Below the pieces are notes generated by a model that saw only the letters and a list, made by a program, of their open reading frames with translations, did not search any database and was not told where the DNA came from. A DNA stretch of 64,000 nucleotides from Paraphysomonas bandaiensis (lineage: Eukaryota > Protista > Chrysophyceae), in contig CBFFRP010000134.1 of the NCBI GenBank assembly GCA_965644295.1, positions 62,001 through 126,000 on the forward strand. Reading direction: 5' to 3'. The translations under genes were made by a program, and so were the position numbers. Positions 39,101 through 47,344 of the stretch are shown one piece after another (position 1 is the stretch's first letter; each line of letters starts with the position of its first letter).

Positions 39101-39468
39101 ACCCTGTTGATGGCGCTTTTATTCACGGGTTCTACATTGAAGGTGCCAGGTGGCCTATTGGAGATGAAGCTGGTGATGTAGAAGACGTTTCTGGTACTCC
39201 TACCGCTGGACATTTGGTAGATGGGCGATTGAAAGAGCTCCTTCCAATGATGCCAATTATTTATGTGAAAGCTGTACCTGTACAGCCGTCGTGGGAACCC
39301 TCAGCTGTGGGATATTTACGTCATTTGGATGACATTTATGAATGTCCAGTGTACATCACTTCGTTCCGTGGTCATACATATGTGTTTTTGGCCACTCTTA
39401 AAACTGTCGAACACAAAAATAAATGGGTACTTACTGGAACTGCTATTTTGATGCAGACAGACGGTTAA
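27187..39468 (+). CDS. Axonemal outer-arm dynein heavy chain, kelch-type (Chlamydomonas alpha-HC / Tetrahymena Dyh5 class), intronless, 4093 aa
   Basis: N-terminal kelch repeats, IPT/TIG (P..GPITG.T...ITG.GF) and filamin-like (DNQNGTYVVSY...EPGEY.VSV.F....VRGSPF) domains. Four P-loops: GPAGTGKT, GPPGAGKS, GPSGTGKT and GVGGSGKQ. Also CFDEFNRL and a coiled-coil stalk. Confidence 0.96.
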   Translation: MQRPAEMVWSQPRCIGDVPSRRSGHSFSIVGDFGYLFGGNDFRRPPGPNNELYKLDMSGNEFYWSKVESSERCPDPRSHHTATVFLGTKILYFGGFRSSSRRYNDVWILDTTNDEWSQPYAGQTEVKPDGEIMFKRIWPDVPPPRGSHSASLIGSQLYIFGGYGGTGFARKDFNDVVALDFDTWEWHPLECTGEVPEPRSGHQAVSVLDNIFVIGGWNSMEQFKDIYILNTVTNVWSIPQCSNDISVQRWNHSAVSVCAVPNWKIFVFGGNSGDLTESGSNPQGTYRNDMTVFETGSNSWSSPAIVGTPPLERGESPMVYDPKGSRIILFGGWANKWFGDVHVCKVGDVVGPPYSIDSIEPQIGPITGQTKCVITGIGFRSAGTQATVRFACVRGFIEVPAEVKSDTEVVFDTPSFEKYGPVNVECRVAVGGKSLTNSVVAFHYFAVTSCETTVCFGPSLLSGCSAGFSSSFIIQAKDAHSTNRDCGMDVFTVAVTQKVMKKDKEVDVDVDIDINITDNQNGTYVVSYVYPEPGEYYVSVSFDGTFQGKAGPVRGSPFHVKVVEGDEVNNELNGPLMMDHIRKQTKEIKEYASSSLKSLKKTVPKEELDPLIKVKEVLKDTEARKETIDLSLDSNRSALTYFKSCGAQMDKLLDQLENSTSLWADVNKQAPITATQIVPVTKIWSSNIETQIEEYNKDMEEKNKNFKKLDFWNDDISVSNARSAMNNARRQVAKERTQLETKASLCRTFDFPELVKPAATVVEEMETDLVEMDKLWTVTEGLEEFITETRGLLWAEMNIEEIDDAAKQQVKNVKGLHKCTRWSKAFKHADKMCKDFLNTIPLIQLLAAKCMRPRHWVMLQTATKKEFTPPYEDKSLQMGSILSLNLHEFTADVEDICDQALKEAKMEVGLQQLNERWMGIEWLMDTYKDTDVPLLKMGEEDFEALEADQLTVQGMLANRFVKQFFDEVQSWQVHLANISDVFLLLGEIQRTWSYLEPLFIHSDEVKRELPEDAKRFEGIDVNVKMELKKCWEIKNINDSCNQDGLLGRLEGIVEQLDICKKSLADFLDGRRRQFPRYYFTSEADLLDILSNGSTPEKVLKHTAKVYLCTKTLILDKNDKTSEGRPYATAWVSGVGSEEVEFEPRVALDGKVEIYHQTILDAMKVSLFKCMQRSLVRYHEMGRGEWLMHKVDSRITSGQIVPADPAQVTLIVLAVNYVCEVEEAFGDIAKGHQDALSQYSAKQIDQLKELIRLTQTKLSKGDRTRVMVCITMDAHGRDIVLKMIRENVTEISSFQWQSQLKHKYRNPPPNAAFRNRDPTLRGSDGERAEVAICDAILPYDYEYLGNGPRLVITPLTDRIYVTATQALNLKMGCAPAGPAGTGKTETTKDLANGLAKCCYVFNCSPEMDYLGLGNIFKGLASSGSWGCFDEFNRLVPEVLSVCTVQFKAVCDGVKAEAARIVIESDEISLDPTCGAFITMNPGYLGRSELPEGLKALFRPITVMVPDLVLICENMLMAEGFTEGKVLASKFYGLYSLLRELLSKQMHYDWGLRAVKSVLVVAGGFKRMEPDLLEEALLMRALRDFNTPKIVREDEVVFFGLLGDLFPGIDPPRKVDPALEEHVLMACEKLGNHPDDLFRLKVVQLEELLEIRHCVFVMGPPGAGKSQCWRTLGEARTIRGDKTKFVDINPKSVKTEELYGFISMATREWKDGLLSKIMRDLGEIPDDKPKWIILDGDLDANWIESMNSVMDDNKMLTLASNERIPLKPHMRMIFEIRDLRFATPATVSRAGILYISTDDGTQWASLIESWLKKCEAPENRLVQLRSYFDLYIKRTLKWMIKTVAPIVSLQDMNFVQTLLYMLDGTLTEQILNSEANDSVEKAFVFALIWAMGSALTITDDGTDNRKLFSDWWRTEWRQVKIPGQYTVFDYWYDAGSNSFELWSKSPFLSADMMEYSSSTPMSSVTVPTPETCSVTYWMNILVKMRRPVMLAGPSGTGKTQIVNGMLAASDPTELLNSTINFNFYTTSMVLLNTMCIPLVKKTGTNFGPPGQARMVYFVDDINLPEVDTYDTQSAIALLRQYMEYEHVYDLAKLNMKNISNTQVVACMNPTAGSFEINPRLQRWFATFAIGLPETMSLHTIYLTFLTGHLKEFSEEIQNVAKDLVRGAVSLHREVMTNFRKTAQNFHYEFNIRHISNVFQGLLVSSPDQFTNAEKFVHLWLHESERVYGDRLVSPEDLMKYNNIVQAQHKKIFPSYNVSRFYSGETADPLVFCHFSDNIQDKNYDMIPSMTRMSAILEDALREYNEVNAAMDLVLFEDAMKHVARIVRVVMNSGGHALLVGVGGSGKQSLSRLSAFICGYTVKQIVISSTYGINDLKDDLKMMYNKAGIKEEGVMFLLTDSQITNERFLIFINDLLASGNIPDLFAQDEVDAIINSMTSKVKALGMVPDRTNSWECFINLIRQNLHVVLAFSPVGEAFRTRARKFPAIVNCTVIDWFQPWPYEALASVGKRFMADVDLGSEAIRESIETFLPYSFTEVNKVANKFKNVERRYVYTTPKSFLELLKLYGVLLDRKRHEADQSIERLSNGLQKLRETADAVTQIEADLKVSLEEADQKKTVAEGIAEVVSREKAIVEVETAKAQVQAAEVAQIQEEVSEKQRSTEEDLAKAEPMVEAAMAALNTLDKKDLGECKTMLKPPAGVDDVFAATMVLLANVHPNVVVQKNGKVKDKSWDACKKQLLGSIPDYIDYLKGIKTGVDTNTIPKLNFSEVKSLLELEHFKADIITGKNKAAGGLCSFVINIVMYYEVVVTVEPKRKALAEANEQLEAANNQLAEVQEKVRGLEEKLAKLTEEFDAANKEKQDAMDTVDRGQKKLDLAQRLTGALAAENVRWAENVVTMEADRLLLTGDVLLASAFISYVGPFTKPFRDVLMNDTFTPFLQSSFSKAVGEGGDIPLSPAPDPLKILTTAAERAAWGADGLPADQVSNENGSIVCNSSRWPLIIDPQLQGIKWLRQKESNPERNLQVVRLGQSDMQRKLERALEEGHTILIENIGESIDAVLNPVIQRAVIKRGKKMYIKLGDTEVEFHKNFKLYLHTKLSNPHYPPEIQAETTLINFTVTAAGLEDQLLALVVRKERLDLATLSEDLVMQQNDFTIKMKELEDNILFKLAAAEGDITEDVELIEGLEKTKMIANEIAVKQVQATATQATIKMTSEKYRGVANRSSLLFFLMNDLVKMHTYYIYSLEAFTNVFYRGIDKVTEPKSKKEEKKVDEDGEEVAAPAGEEKEEELNDEELAKRCAVLTDSITSTVFNYIRRGLFEMDKLTVATLLTLRIAVNDGALSQEEVDYLVMGKISPDPGNMGPLHEWMSDIIWPKVKALEGLKRFAGLGDNMQSDSDDWMAFFDSEMPEVAKLPGDYQKSLDAFDRLILLRAMRPDRVTTALRSWIEQVMGKEYVFQKPFDMSATYLETSNQIPTFFVLFPGVDPTPWVESLGKNYGVNFEAGNFKNISMGQGQEKPAEAVIEAFAKNGGWVMLQNCHLMQSWVPKLERLLEVVQENAHPDFRCFLSAEPPPIASWKNMPESLMQGSVKVSNEAPADIKSNITRGWANFTHERIENCSKKNEFKACLFSLCWFHSIVLGRRRFGQQGWSRKYSFNTGDLTICANVLEAYLEANPVIPWDDIRYIFGEIMYGGHITDAWDRRTNNSYLSELINDKLFSGLELGPGFKSPDPTTLDYEGYLTYVEDNLPADSPTMFGLHPNAEIGYLTNWTSSIFDTILGLGGSADVTSSGGGAVKESMEYFTKTLPENFQMVTIQETAEPLLGEESGPFVVVALQECKRMNVLLSEIRRSLVELDKGMKGQLNMSQAMEDLVQAISINQWPGRNPFSQCGWEKKAWPSMKNLIAEFADMLLRIEQLESWSTDLITPYSLWLPGLFNPTAYLTAVMQVTARRTHSPLDQMTIETHVSTYTKPSEVDYHPVDGAFIHGFYIEGARWPIGDEAGDVEDVSGTPTAGHLVDGRLKELLPMMPIIYVKAVPVQPSWEPSAVGYLRHLDDIYECPVYITSFRGHTYVFLATLKTVEHKNKWVLTGTAILMQTDG

Positions 39469-40099
39469 CAATGCGCTTTAACAGTGCGATTGTGAAGTAG
39501 AGTTGTAGACACTGAACGTTATTTAAAAGTTCGATAAACACTGAGAATAATAATAATTTGAGTACCGATTATAACTGTTGAATTTTGCTTGTCTGAAAGC
39601 ATTTAAGAGTTGTATTTTATAGTGTTTGAAGAAGGGCCTGGATACCATTAATGGTAATGCCATTATAATTGTCGGGACATTTTTAATTAATGTCATTATA
39701 ATTGCCGGGAACCGGACAACCATTAATGGTATCCCATTAATGACCTGTACTGCTATATATAGAACTGAGTGTTATTAAGATAATATAGAATATAGGATCT
39801 CCTCTATACTCCGAAGAAACTCTAAACAATATTAGACAAAAATGTTCATGCAACTCCACAGGAACTTTGTGGCAACTTTGTTCACTATCTTCTCAATGCA
39901 TTCTAGAGTTAGAGAATAGTTTCCTGAGCGATATCCATAGCAACGTACCCATATACCCAAAAACTATAAACTAATCATTGAAAATATGAATATTTCATAA
40001 AAACACTATTTTCCCCAAAGTTGAAAGAAGCTAACTAAGCAAAGCAAGTATACTCTGTATATATACCATACCATGGCATATATTAGCAACAACGATGGC

Positions 40100-40960
40100 A
40101 CTGCAGTTTACTGTCTGAGTCTTCTTCCGAGTAGATTCAGAGAATCCTCTCAGTTCTCTGTATCATATTTCTTTGGTGTGCAATGATCGCCTTAAACAAA
40201 GTATACAGCGAGGTTACACGACTTGTGTGAATCATATAGCCAAGAAGGGCGCCACATATTTCTTGGCGAGAGGAACTCGAGAGTATTTCGGGAAACAAAA
40301 GACTTCACGTTGGCGATTTATTGTCTTTTATAAGAATGAAAGTATCTCCTTACTCCAGATTCTAACTCCAGCTAAGTTTTGAAAGCTGAAACAATATTTG
40401 ACTCAACTTGAAAAATTACAGAGTGATACGCTGGCCTTACAAAGAGATGGAACCAATTTGCACCAAGCCCGCCAGAATTTCCAGAGCTGCATCCATACCT
40501 TTCCCCGAATGCAAGCATTGTTTCCAGTGCAAATTTTGAGAAGGAAGTGGCTAAAATTCAAGGGAACGATGAAAGAGAGTTGACAGGCCATGAGAGAAGA
40601 GCAGTTAGACATTTGCAACTGGACTCATCCATGGAGGTTGGTGTACCCGACAGAAATAACGAGAGGACGAGAGTGAAGGAACTCATTTTGCACAACGTGT
40701 TCTGGACAGCGCCGAGGTCACCAAGAGAGCTCGACTTAGTACCCATGAGTCCAACTACCGCTGCTTGCTTCATATTGAAGCACAATCTAATGATGTTGAG
40801 AGACTCTTTAGTCGTGCAAAGTTGATTATGACACATGAGCGTAGAAACATGAATCCATATCGTCTAGAATCGTTGCTATTCCTACGAGCCAATTACATGT
40901 TGTGGGATGTTTATATACCCTCCATGAAGCCCTGCAAGAAGATTCTGATGTGCCAGTAGA
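40100..40960 (+). pseudogene. hAT transposase remnant (frameshifted)
   Basis: SNDVERLFSRAKLIMTHERRNMNPYRLESLLFLRAN is the hAT C-terminal dimerisation motif. Upstream T..LQRDG.NL..AR..F fragments are broken by stops and frameshifts. Confidence 0.85.
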
Positions 40961-41032
40961 GAGCGAGAAGTAGTTAAAATTTGTAGTCTGCTATTTAACT
41001 AAAAATTAGTAATGAAGGGAGCACAACACTAT

Positions 41033-42235
41033 ATTGAAGGTCTTTTTATTTAGCAATAGGCGTTAAAAACTCGTTCCGATATAGTGGCTAGTTGAATGCT
41101 AGATCTACTAGCTAGACCTCTACCCATAACTAATCAGCACAAATTCTATTATCCTACTATTTAGCGCTACAGAAGCTGCTTGTGCGTCGCCGCAAGCACC
41201 AAGGGGCAACCACTTCCGTTCTTAAAGTTGTGTGTGAGTTTCGCCCTGCTCGTGTGTCTTAGGACTCACTGGCGCGAGTCGTCCGGGGGTCTCCCCTTGG
41301 GATAAGGTTCCGCCAGGCTCTGAGGTACAGGGTTCTGTATTAAGGTCCTGAGTTTACCGAGCACTAGATGTGTGTGCTGAGAGGTTGACGGCGTGGTGGA
41401 ATGTGGCGGTGTCGCCGTGCACCGTCTGGGCGTTAGGCATAGGTGGAGTTGCCGGAGACGGCGTCGCCGCTGTCTAGGGTCTGATGGTTTCATACGGTCC
41501 GGTGCTATGGTCCTATGCGTATGATTGGTGGGGTTCATATGTGCGGTGGTCGGTGCTCCAGTCTCGGCTCCAGTCTCGATTCGTCACATGCGGCTTTAGC
41601 CATGTCGAGTCCGTGTTTGGTTTTCTCCCGGTTTCTTCCTATGCTGAAGGATTTGTCCCATGTCAGTGCTGCATTGAGTACTCGCTGGCGCAGGTGGGAA
41701 CTCACTTTGTCCTTTGATGGTCCACCATCTGCTTGAGCCAGTTTGTGCGGAAGTAGTGCTCCGCTGTCTTTCCAGTATCCAGGAGCCCGGTCAGGATTGT
41801 GACCGTAGTGTTGGTCTCTGAGGGCTATGTAGGCCTCCAGCGTCCGTTGATTGCGGAGGGATTGGAAATCCGTGAGCAGGGGGGGCTAGTGCGATACGGC
41901 CGTCGTTCCCCAGTTATGCGCCAGTGCCATAAACCCTCGGTAAGTATTCTCTCAATGGCTTGGTCCACTTCTATGTTACAGACAGTGTAATTTTGTTGTC
42001 CGAGTAGTCTATCTACCTCAAGCCAGTCCTCTCCTGCTACTGCGTCGTCAATGTAAATTCCTTTGTCTTCATATATATGTCCATTCAGACTCATCAGAGG
42101 TACGTCGTTCGGGGTGTGATCGTACCCATGCTACTGTCCTTGTACAATCGTTATTTGCTGCGATGCTTTCGAGCAGTACACCTTTGGCACGATGCCCCAG
42201 TGCCCGACGTCTGGTGGAAAGTGCTTCATGTGTGC
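41033..42235 (-). mobile_element. 5'-truncated non-LTR retrotransposon (LINE) with RNase H-like remnant
   Basis: Perfect 14-bp TSD GAGCACAACACTAT (41019-41032 and 42236-42249). The minus strand encodes VAWVRSHPERR..E..W/ /EDKGIYI.DAVA, an RNase H C-terminal W..SH...G...AD..A pattern. The 3' UTR (41033-41225) matches the 3' part of the short retroelement family. Confidence 0.8.
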
Positions 42236-43736
42236 GAGCACAACACTATCTATTATATGAGTGGTGCTATCTACTTTAAGTTAGTAGGTATTAATGGCCA
42301 TTATAATTCCCGGGACATTTTTCATTAATGCCATTATAATTGCAGGGAACTGGACTACCATTAATGGGCCATTAATGGTTACCAGAGGCCCTGGTTTGAA
42401 GTATGACCGTTGCTTAAAGAATACAGTAGTTGTATAGTTGTAAACTGTGTTACATGATATATGCAATAATCAACTGTCGGGCTGTTTTATACTATGAGCT
42501 ATATATTGTATATTATGCTTGTACATATTATAATATGTTCTTTATGGTGAAAGTTTTATTATCGACTATGAATCAAGGTATGATGAATAATATGACAATG
42601 ATAAGATCCATTATTGGCGATGTTGCATAAGATGTTTGGCCAGGTCAGCAAGCACAAGTTAGTTGAAGCGTTCAAACATTGACTTTTTATATCGGCAATG
42701 GACTAATCCTGCAGCACCTCAGCAAGAAATAATGATATTTAAAAGTCAAAGGAGTTTGTACAAGAGATATTATGTATGTGCTAAAACGAAAATGACAAGA
42801 ACTTCTTTCCCTGCACAGAAATATGACGAGCTGCAGTCTACGAAGTTTGTAGAGAACATTTCATAAGGTATATTGTCGTATATTTCAAATATTTATCCCG
42901 ACAGGGTTACAAGTATTTCTTACCCTGTCAGATATTGCCATCCGAAGGAGTTGTGGCTGCTGAGGTATTGGGTCACATCAAGGATTAGGTTTAGGTGGGT
43001 CGAACGATGCCTACTTGACCTATCGAGCTGGATATGTCTCTCACGGAGAGTGTATCAGGTTGCTCAGTGGCAGTTCGTCCAGGCTTTGTCGCTGGGAAAA
43101 ATATTCATCAGAAATCAGAAGGCCTGGAAAGAGAAGGCTCAGGCTGGCTAATTTATTAGCATGTCATTAATCAAGAGAGGATATAGAATTTGGTTAGGAG
43201 GGTCAGAAACAGTGTCCGTGCATGTGCTTTCTCTGCGACAACTCCACCTACTTTTCATTTATTAGATATTTGTTGTCTCTAACCCTAATACCACACATAG
43301 AATAGTTTCTTTAACATTTCTACTTAAATACTGTAAATACTCCTAAATTTCCCAAAATATCGTAAAATTCTCACGTAAGATACGTGACTGTACAAAATAT
43401 GTTACTATGTGATTGGTCTCAGTGTTCCTTTCAACCGTGTGTGGTTGCTGTTAGTCTACTAGGCTATGTTCCTCATGTTAAGTCTTTTGTAATATATCTT
43501 CTAACTAATACGAAGTATATCTCTCTAAATATATGTATTACAACCAGCAGTAAACCTTATTTTTTAGATAGACATTATGGTGAGATGCGTCACATGTATA
43601 TGAGGTAGAGTAGATATTCTAGTAATATACTTGCTCTTATAACTATGAGATTTATCCACACTGTTGTGCTTCTACTAGCTTATGTACATATGTAGGCTAG
43701 TTTACTCTTATTGAGCCGCACTTGTCATCACTTTCG

Positions 43737-46700
43737 TTATAAATCTTTACCTACTTCGGCAAACGTCACACACAATTTCCTATCTGATGATTGCGTTGGA
43801 CTTCCATTACTACATTGTTGTTCTGATTGGTGACTGTATCGTCTCAATGACCATTTCCTAGATTCAGTAGAAATATATCCTGCCGGAGAAGTTGGTTGTA
43901 ACTGCGATTCAGTGATCCCAAGTACGTGGCCTGTAGAATTAATCGAAACTGAGATTGGTTGATGAATAGATTTGTCTGATTCATCATCGTCATATGTCCC
44001 ACTGCCTAAGGCTATAGACAGCGTCATCTAAATATGCGGACCATTTTACCATTGTGACAATACAACGCTTACCTCTGTTAGATATCATGATACCACGACG
44101 TCTGGCATCCACTCTAATATCCTCTGGTGATGCCCACATGCTAAATAGACAGAGAGACAATTGAGTTCAAATAGTCAAATTTGGTCTAACATACTTCGCT
44201 AATTTTGAAGTAGCCGCCTGTGCCTGTGGAGAGCTTGATAACAGTCTCAGAGTTGTTAAATTGGCTACACAATGGAATAATAAAACTAAATGCTGCTTGC
44301 ACTGACACATACCCGCGTCTTGCGTTCCGAAATAGTTTTGCTTCTGAAGTGCAATGAATTCATCGCGTAGATATCTGTACAGCAATTCGTAATGATAATT
44401 TCCTACCAATCGCATATTCCGTGCCTGTCTTTTATAAGCCATTCGAAAAATTTTTCTTCTCGGGCTGTCACGTCCTTCCTATGTACGAACATCGTTATGG
44501 CACTCACATCTGCTGAAGGGATAGGCACACACCCCAGAGAGCTCTTCTTCGAAAACTTCTTTGGGGGTTTAGCTACAACTGTTGAAATCGTGAATATGAG
44601 CCAAGTAGTCACCAACGATATATACCTGAACAAGCTACAAACCGCAGAAAGAGCTGTACGCAGCACGATACAAAGTGGAAATTTGCCCTATGTCTACCAC
44701 CACAATACATTACCAGTCATATACTACTATCACACCATATATATATCCTCACTTTGACAGCCTAAAAAGGAATTAGGACATTGCAACTTCTTAGCGAAAG
44801 AGTGCTACCTAATTTCCAAGTATCCTTGAGAGCGGAGTTTTCTCAATGAATATCGATAAAACCGACTATATGTGCATATTAGCAACAGTGACAGAAAAAT
44901 ATGAGCAATGTGTACCTTTGATAAGGGCACGTCAACTGAATTAAATCACTAACGTTTTTGCATTTCTCAAGTAAAGTATGAATACACTGAACACATTATG
45001 TGATAAGCAATACCAGATATATGAGTATACACACCACTCTCTTTTTCACGACCTCATCAACGGCATTGGTGCGATACAAATCTGTTTCTTCATTACGAGC
45101 CCGAATATCCTCCCCATTCATATGAACACGCTATACCAATAGTGATGATGCTAAAAATTCACTACAACAGGTGCACATACATCCGATTCCCACGCCGAAG
45201 TGGGTTTGAAATTCGGAACGAAATTTTCAATAATATCTTCGAACTTGAAGTACTGTTGCGTAATCTTTCGTATCTGAGGAAACTCTAAGTCCGTGACCAA
45301 AATTCCAATTCTAAAACCTGTTCACAGAATAATATTTATTGCTTATACAATGTCTAATTATTCCACTTCAAGAGGTTCTTACCAGGCCTTCGTTTCAGTT
45401 TCATATCTGTACCTGCATTGGATATCGCAATCATCATGCTGCAATATCCCATAAACTCACTATTGGTACATATCATAGCACACCTGAATATCATCTCTAA
45501 ACCAGCAAATCCTCTTATTTCAGGGGAGCGAATAGTGTACAGAGCAGACGTATCTAGTATTTCAAAGAGATATACATAGCAATATAAACACCCGACTGCT
45601 GAATTCCGTTACGAAATACCTGAACCAGATATATTCGTAGGTTCTCTAGAGTCGAAAGAGAGCTGAACGCAATAAAAATAATTGGTTGGTGAAATGATAC
45701 TGTGAATGTATAGTTATCACCGTCCATGGCATTGAGTCAAACATTTCTGGTTTAGGTATACCAGCTGTAGACTCCGAACGAGATGACCCAATGCTCCACC
45801 GTGGACGCAAGGACGGGGATCGTTTCGATGCTCTCTTCTCCTGCACAGAAGTCGCAACCGGGGTATATTTCATAGCTACTTTCCTTCCCGTAAAGTCTTT
45901 GGGCATTTCTTGGTGTCCGCCTGTTGGAGAATTTTCGTCGGGGTAAAAACCAGTGAAAATGCACCGCATCTCTGATCGATTCTGCAAGTAGGTCGTCAGT
46001 CTGACAAAAGACAAATATTAGCACAAATTACTGACAATTCAAAATGCTTACTTGTGTGGTGAGCAATGGCTATTTCGACTATGAGGATAGGGTACGACAA
46101 GGTCCTACATTGCTGTCAATATATAAAAAACGGATATCGATCATAGACACACACCAGTTCCACATAGTAGGTGCGATCGCTTAGCTCCGACGGTTGAACT
46201 GCAACTGTACTTAATAAACACTATTTACCATGAGAACTACGCACTTGGTTTGATGTTAGCATCGGGATTCAATCCACATTGAACCAATGTGAAATTATCT
46301 ACCTATCACAACTATCACTCTAAAGTTGCGACGTTTGCGAATATAACTCACATTTTTAACATCTACAGCATGATCAAATGTGTGTGTGCTTCCATCTTCA
46401 AGGCATATTACAATCTGAATATTTATAGGCCGATCAGCTGTTCCACTACAACGAAGTCACATGTGAGTTTAGAATATCACAACTATCCCACTACCGATGA
46501 GCAAATGGCGGAAGCGTCTTCGTAATTGCCTTAGGATAAAATGTATTCGGTAGTATGAATGTAACGCTATATACTTTCCTAACAACAGATGTGTCTTCAT
46601 CCTCTAATTCAACATATACTTTAAATGAATACTCCGAATCAGATGAGTTATCATGAGACACATTTCTGGAGCCCTTAGAGATGATTTTGCTACCGATCTT

Positions 46701-46748
46701 AAAGCTCAGACAATCCCTATGCGCGATATGGGTAGAAAACCTACGCAT
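43737..46748 (-). CDS. YEATS-like domain fused to a degenerate amidoligase-2 (COOH-NH2 ligase)-like domain, many short exons
   Basis: Exon 1 reads FKVYVE...VRKVYSVTFILPNTF.P..ITKTLPPF (YEATS). The spliced downstream part reads RTYYVELDL...W.LSFDS...IRSPEIRGFAGLE...GFRIGI...YFKFEDIIENFVP...RFYRYSL..L...GYLEIR...W.IF...WLIKDRYLR. Junctions near 44596-44760 and the true stop (about 43990 or 43737) are uncertain. Confidence 0.65.
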
Positions 46749-46959
46749 TGGAGGGAGTCGTGGGATTATTCACTACTTTAATTGATTGAAGTGCATGATA
46801 TTATGATAGTAACGGTACGAGTGTAGTCGTATATGAATAAAGTATCTGCTCCATACACGCACGCCTATAAATACCTATATTTCCTACATGCACCGGGAAT
46901 ATACTGATTTTATGAAAATTTCCCATATTTTGGGGGAAGATAAAGACGGCTAAACGAAA

Positions 46960-47035
46960 ACATACATACAGTACATACATACATACATACATACATACAT
47001 ACATACATACATACATACATACATACATACATACA

Positions 47036-47066
<31 letters not shown>

Positions 47067-47264
47067 GTACATACATAACATACATACATACATGCATACA
47101 TACATACATACATACATACATACATACATACATACATACATACATACATACATACATACATACATACATACATACATACATACATACATACATACATACA
47201 TACATACATACATACATACATACATACATACATACATACATACATACATACATACATACATACA
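46960..47264. repeat. Long (CATA)n microsatellite (~300 bp)
   Basis: Tandem repeat with a few interruptions. Confidence 0.98.
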
Positions 47265-47344
47265 TGCAACATATTCAAGATCTGCTGACTTTATGTTTAC
47301 TTATGGTTAGTATTCCTTACCAATAGAACGTTACAGCAGCAACA

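Larger units (their letters stand above)
39632..42393 (+). mobile_element. Decayed hAT DNA transposon with 8-bp TSD, carrying a nested LINE fragment
   Basis: Termini (C>A)AGGGCCT.GG.TACCATTAATGG ... CCATTAATGGTTACCAGAGGCCCTG. TSD GTTTGAAG at 39624-39631 and 42394-42401. Subterminal CCATTA(A)T repeats. Confidence 0.88.

Noticed and set aside
39645-39745. Repeated CCATTAAT/CATTATAATTG units resembling a CRISPR-like array
   Set aside because: Irregular subterminal repeats of the hAT element in a eukaryotic context, with no unique spacers or cas genes.
42600-43250. Coding-like stretch with short ORFs
   Set aside because: Multiple stops and no recognisable domain. Possibly a decayed TE or pseudogene, but not supportable.
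46801-47310. MYVC/HTYI repeat ORFs (also 21488-21925 and 55941-56309)
   Set aside because: Translations of (CATA)n microsatellites.
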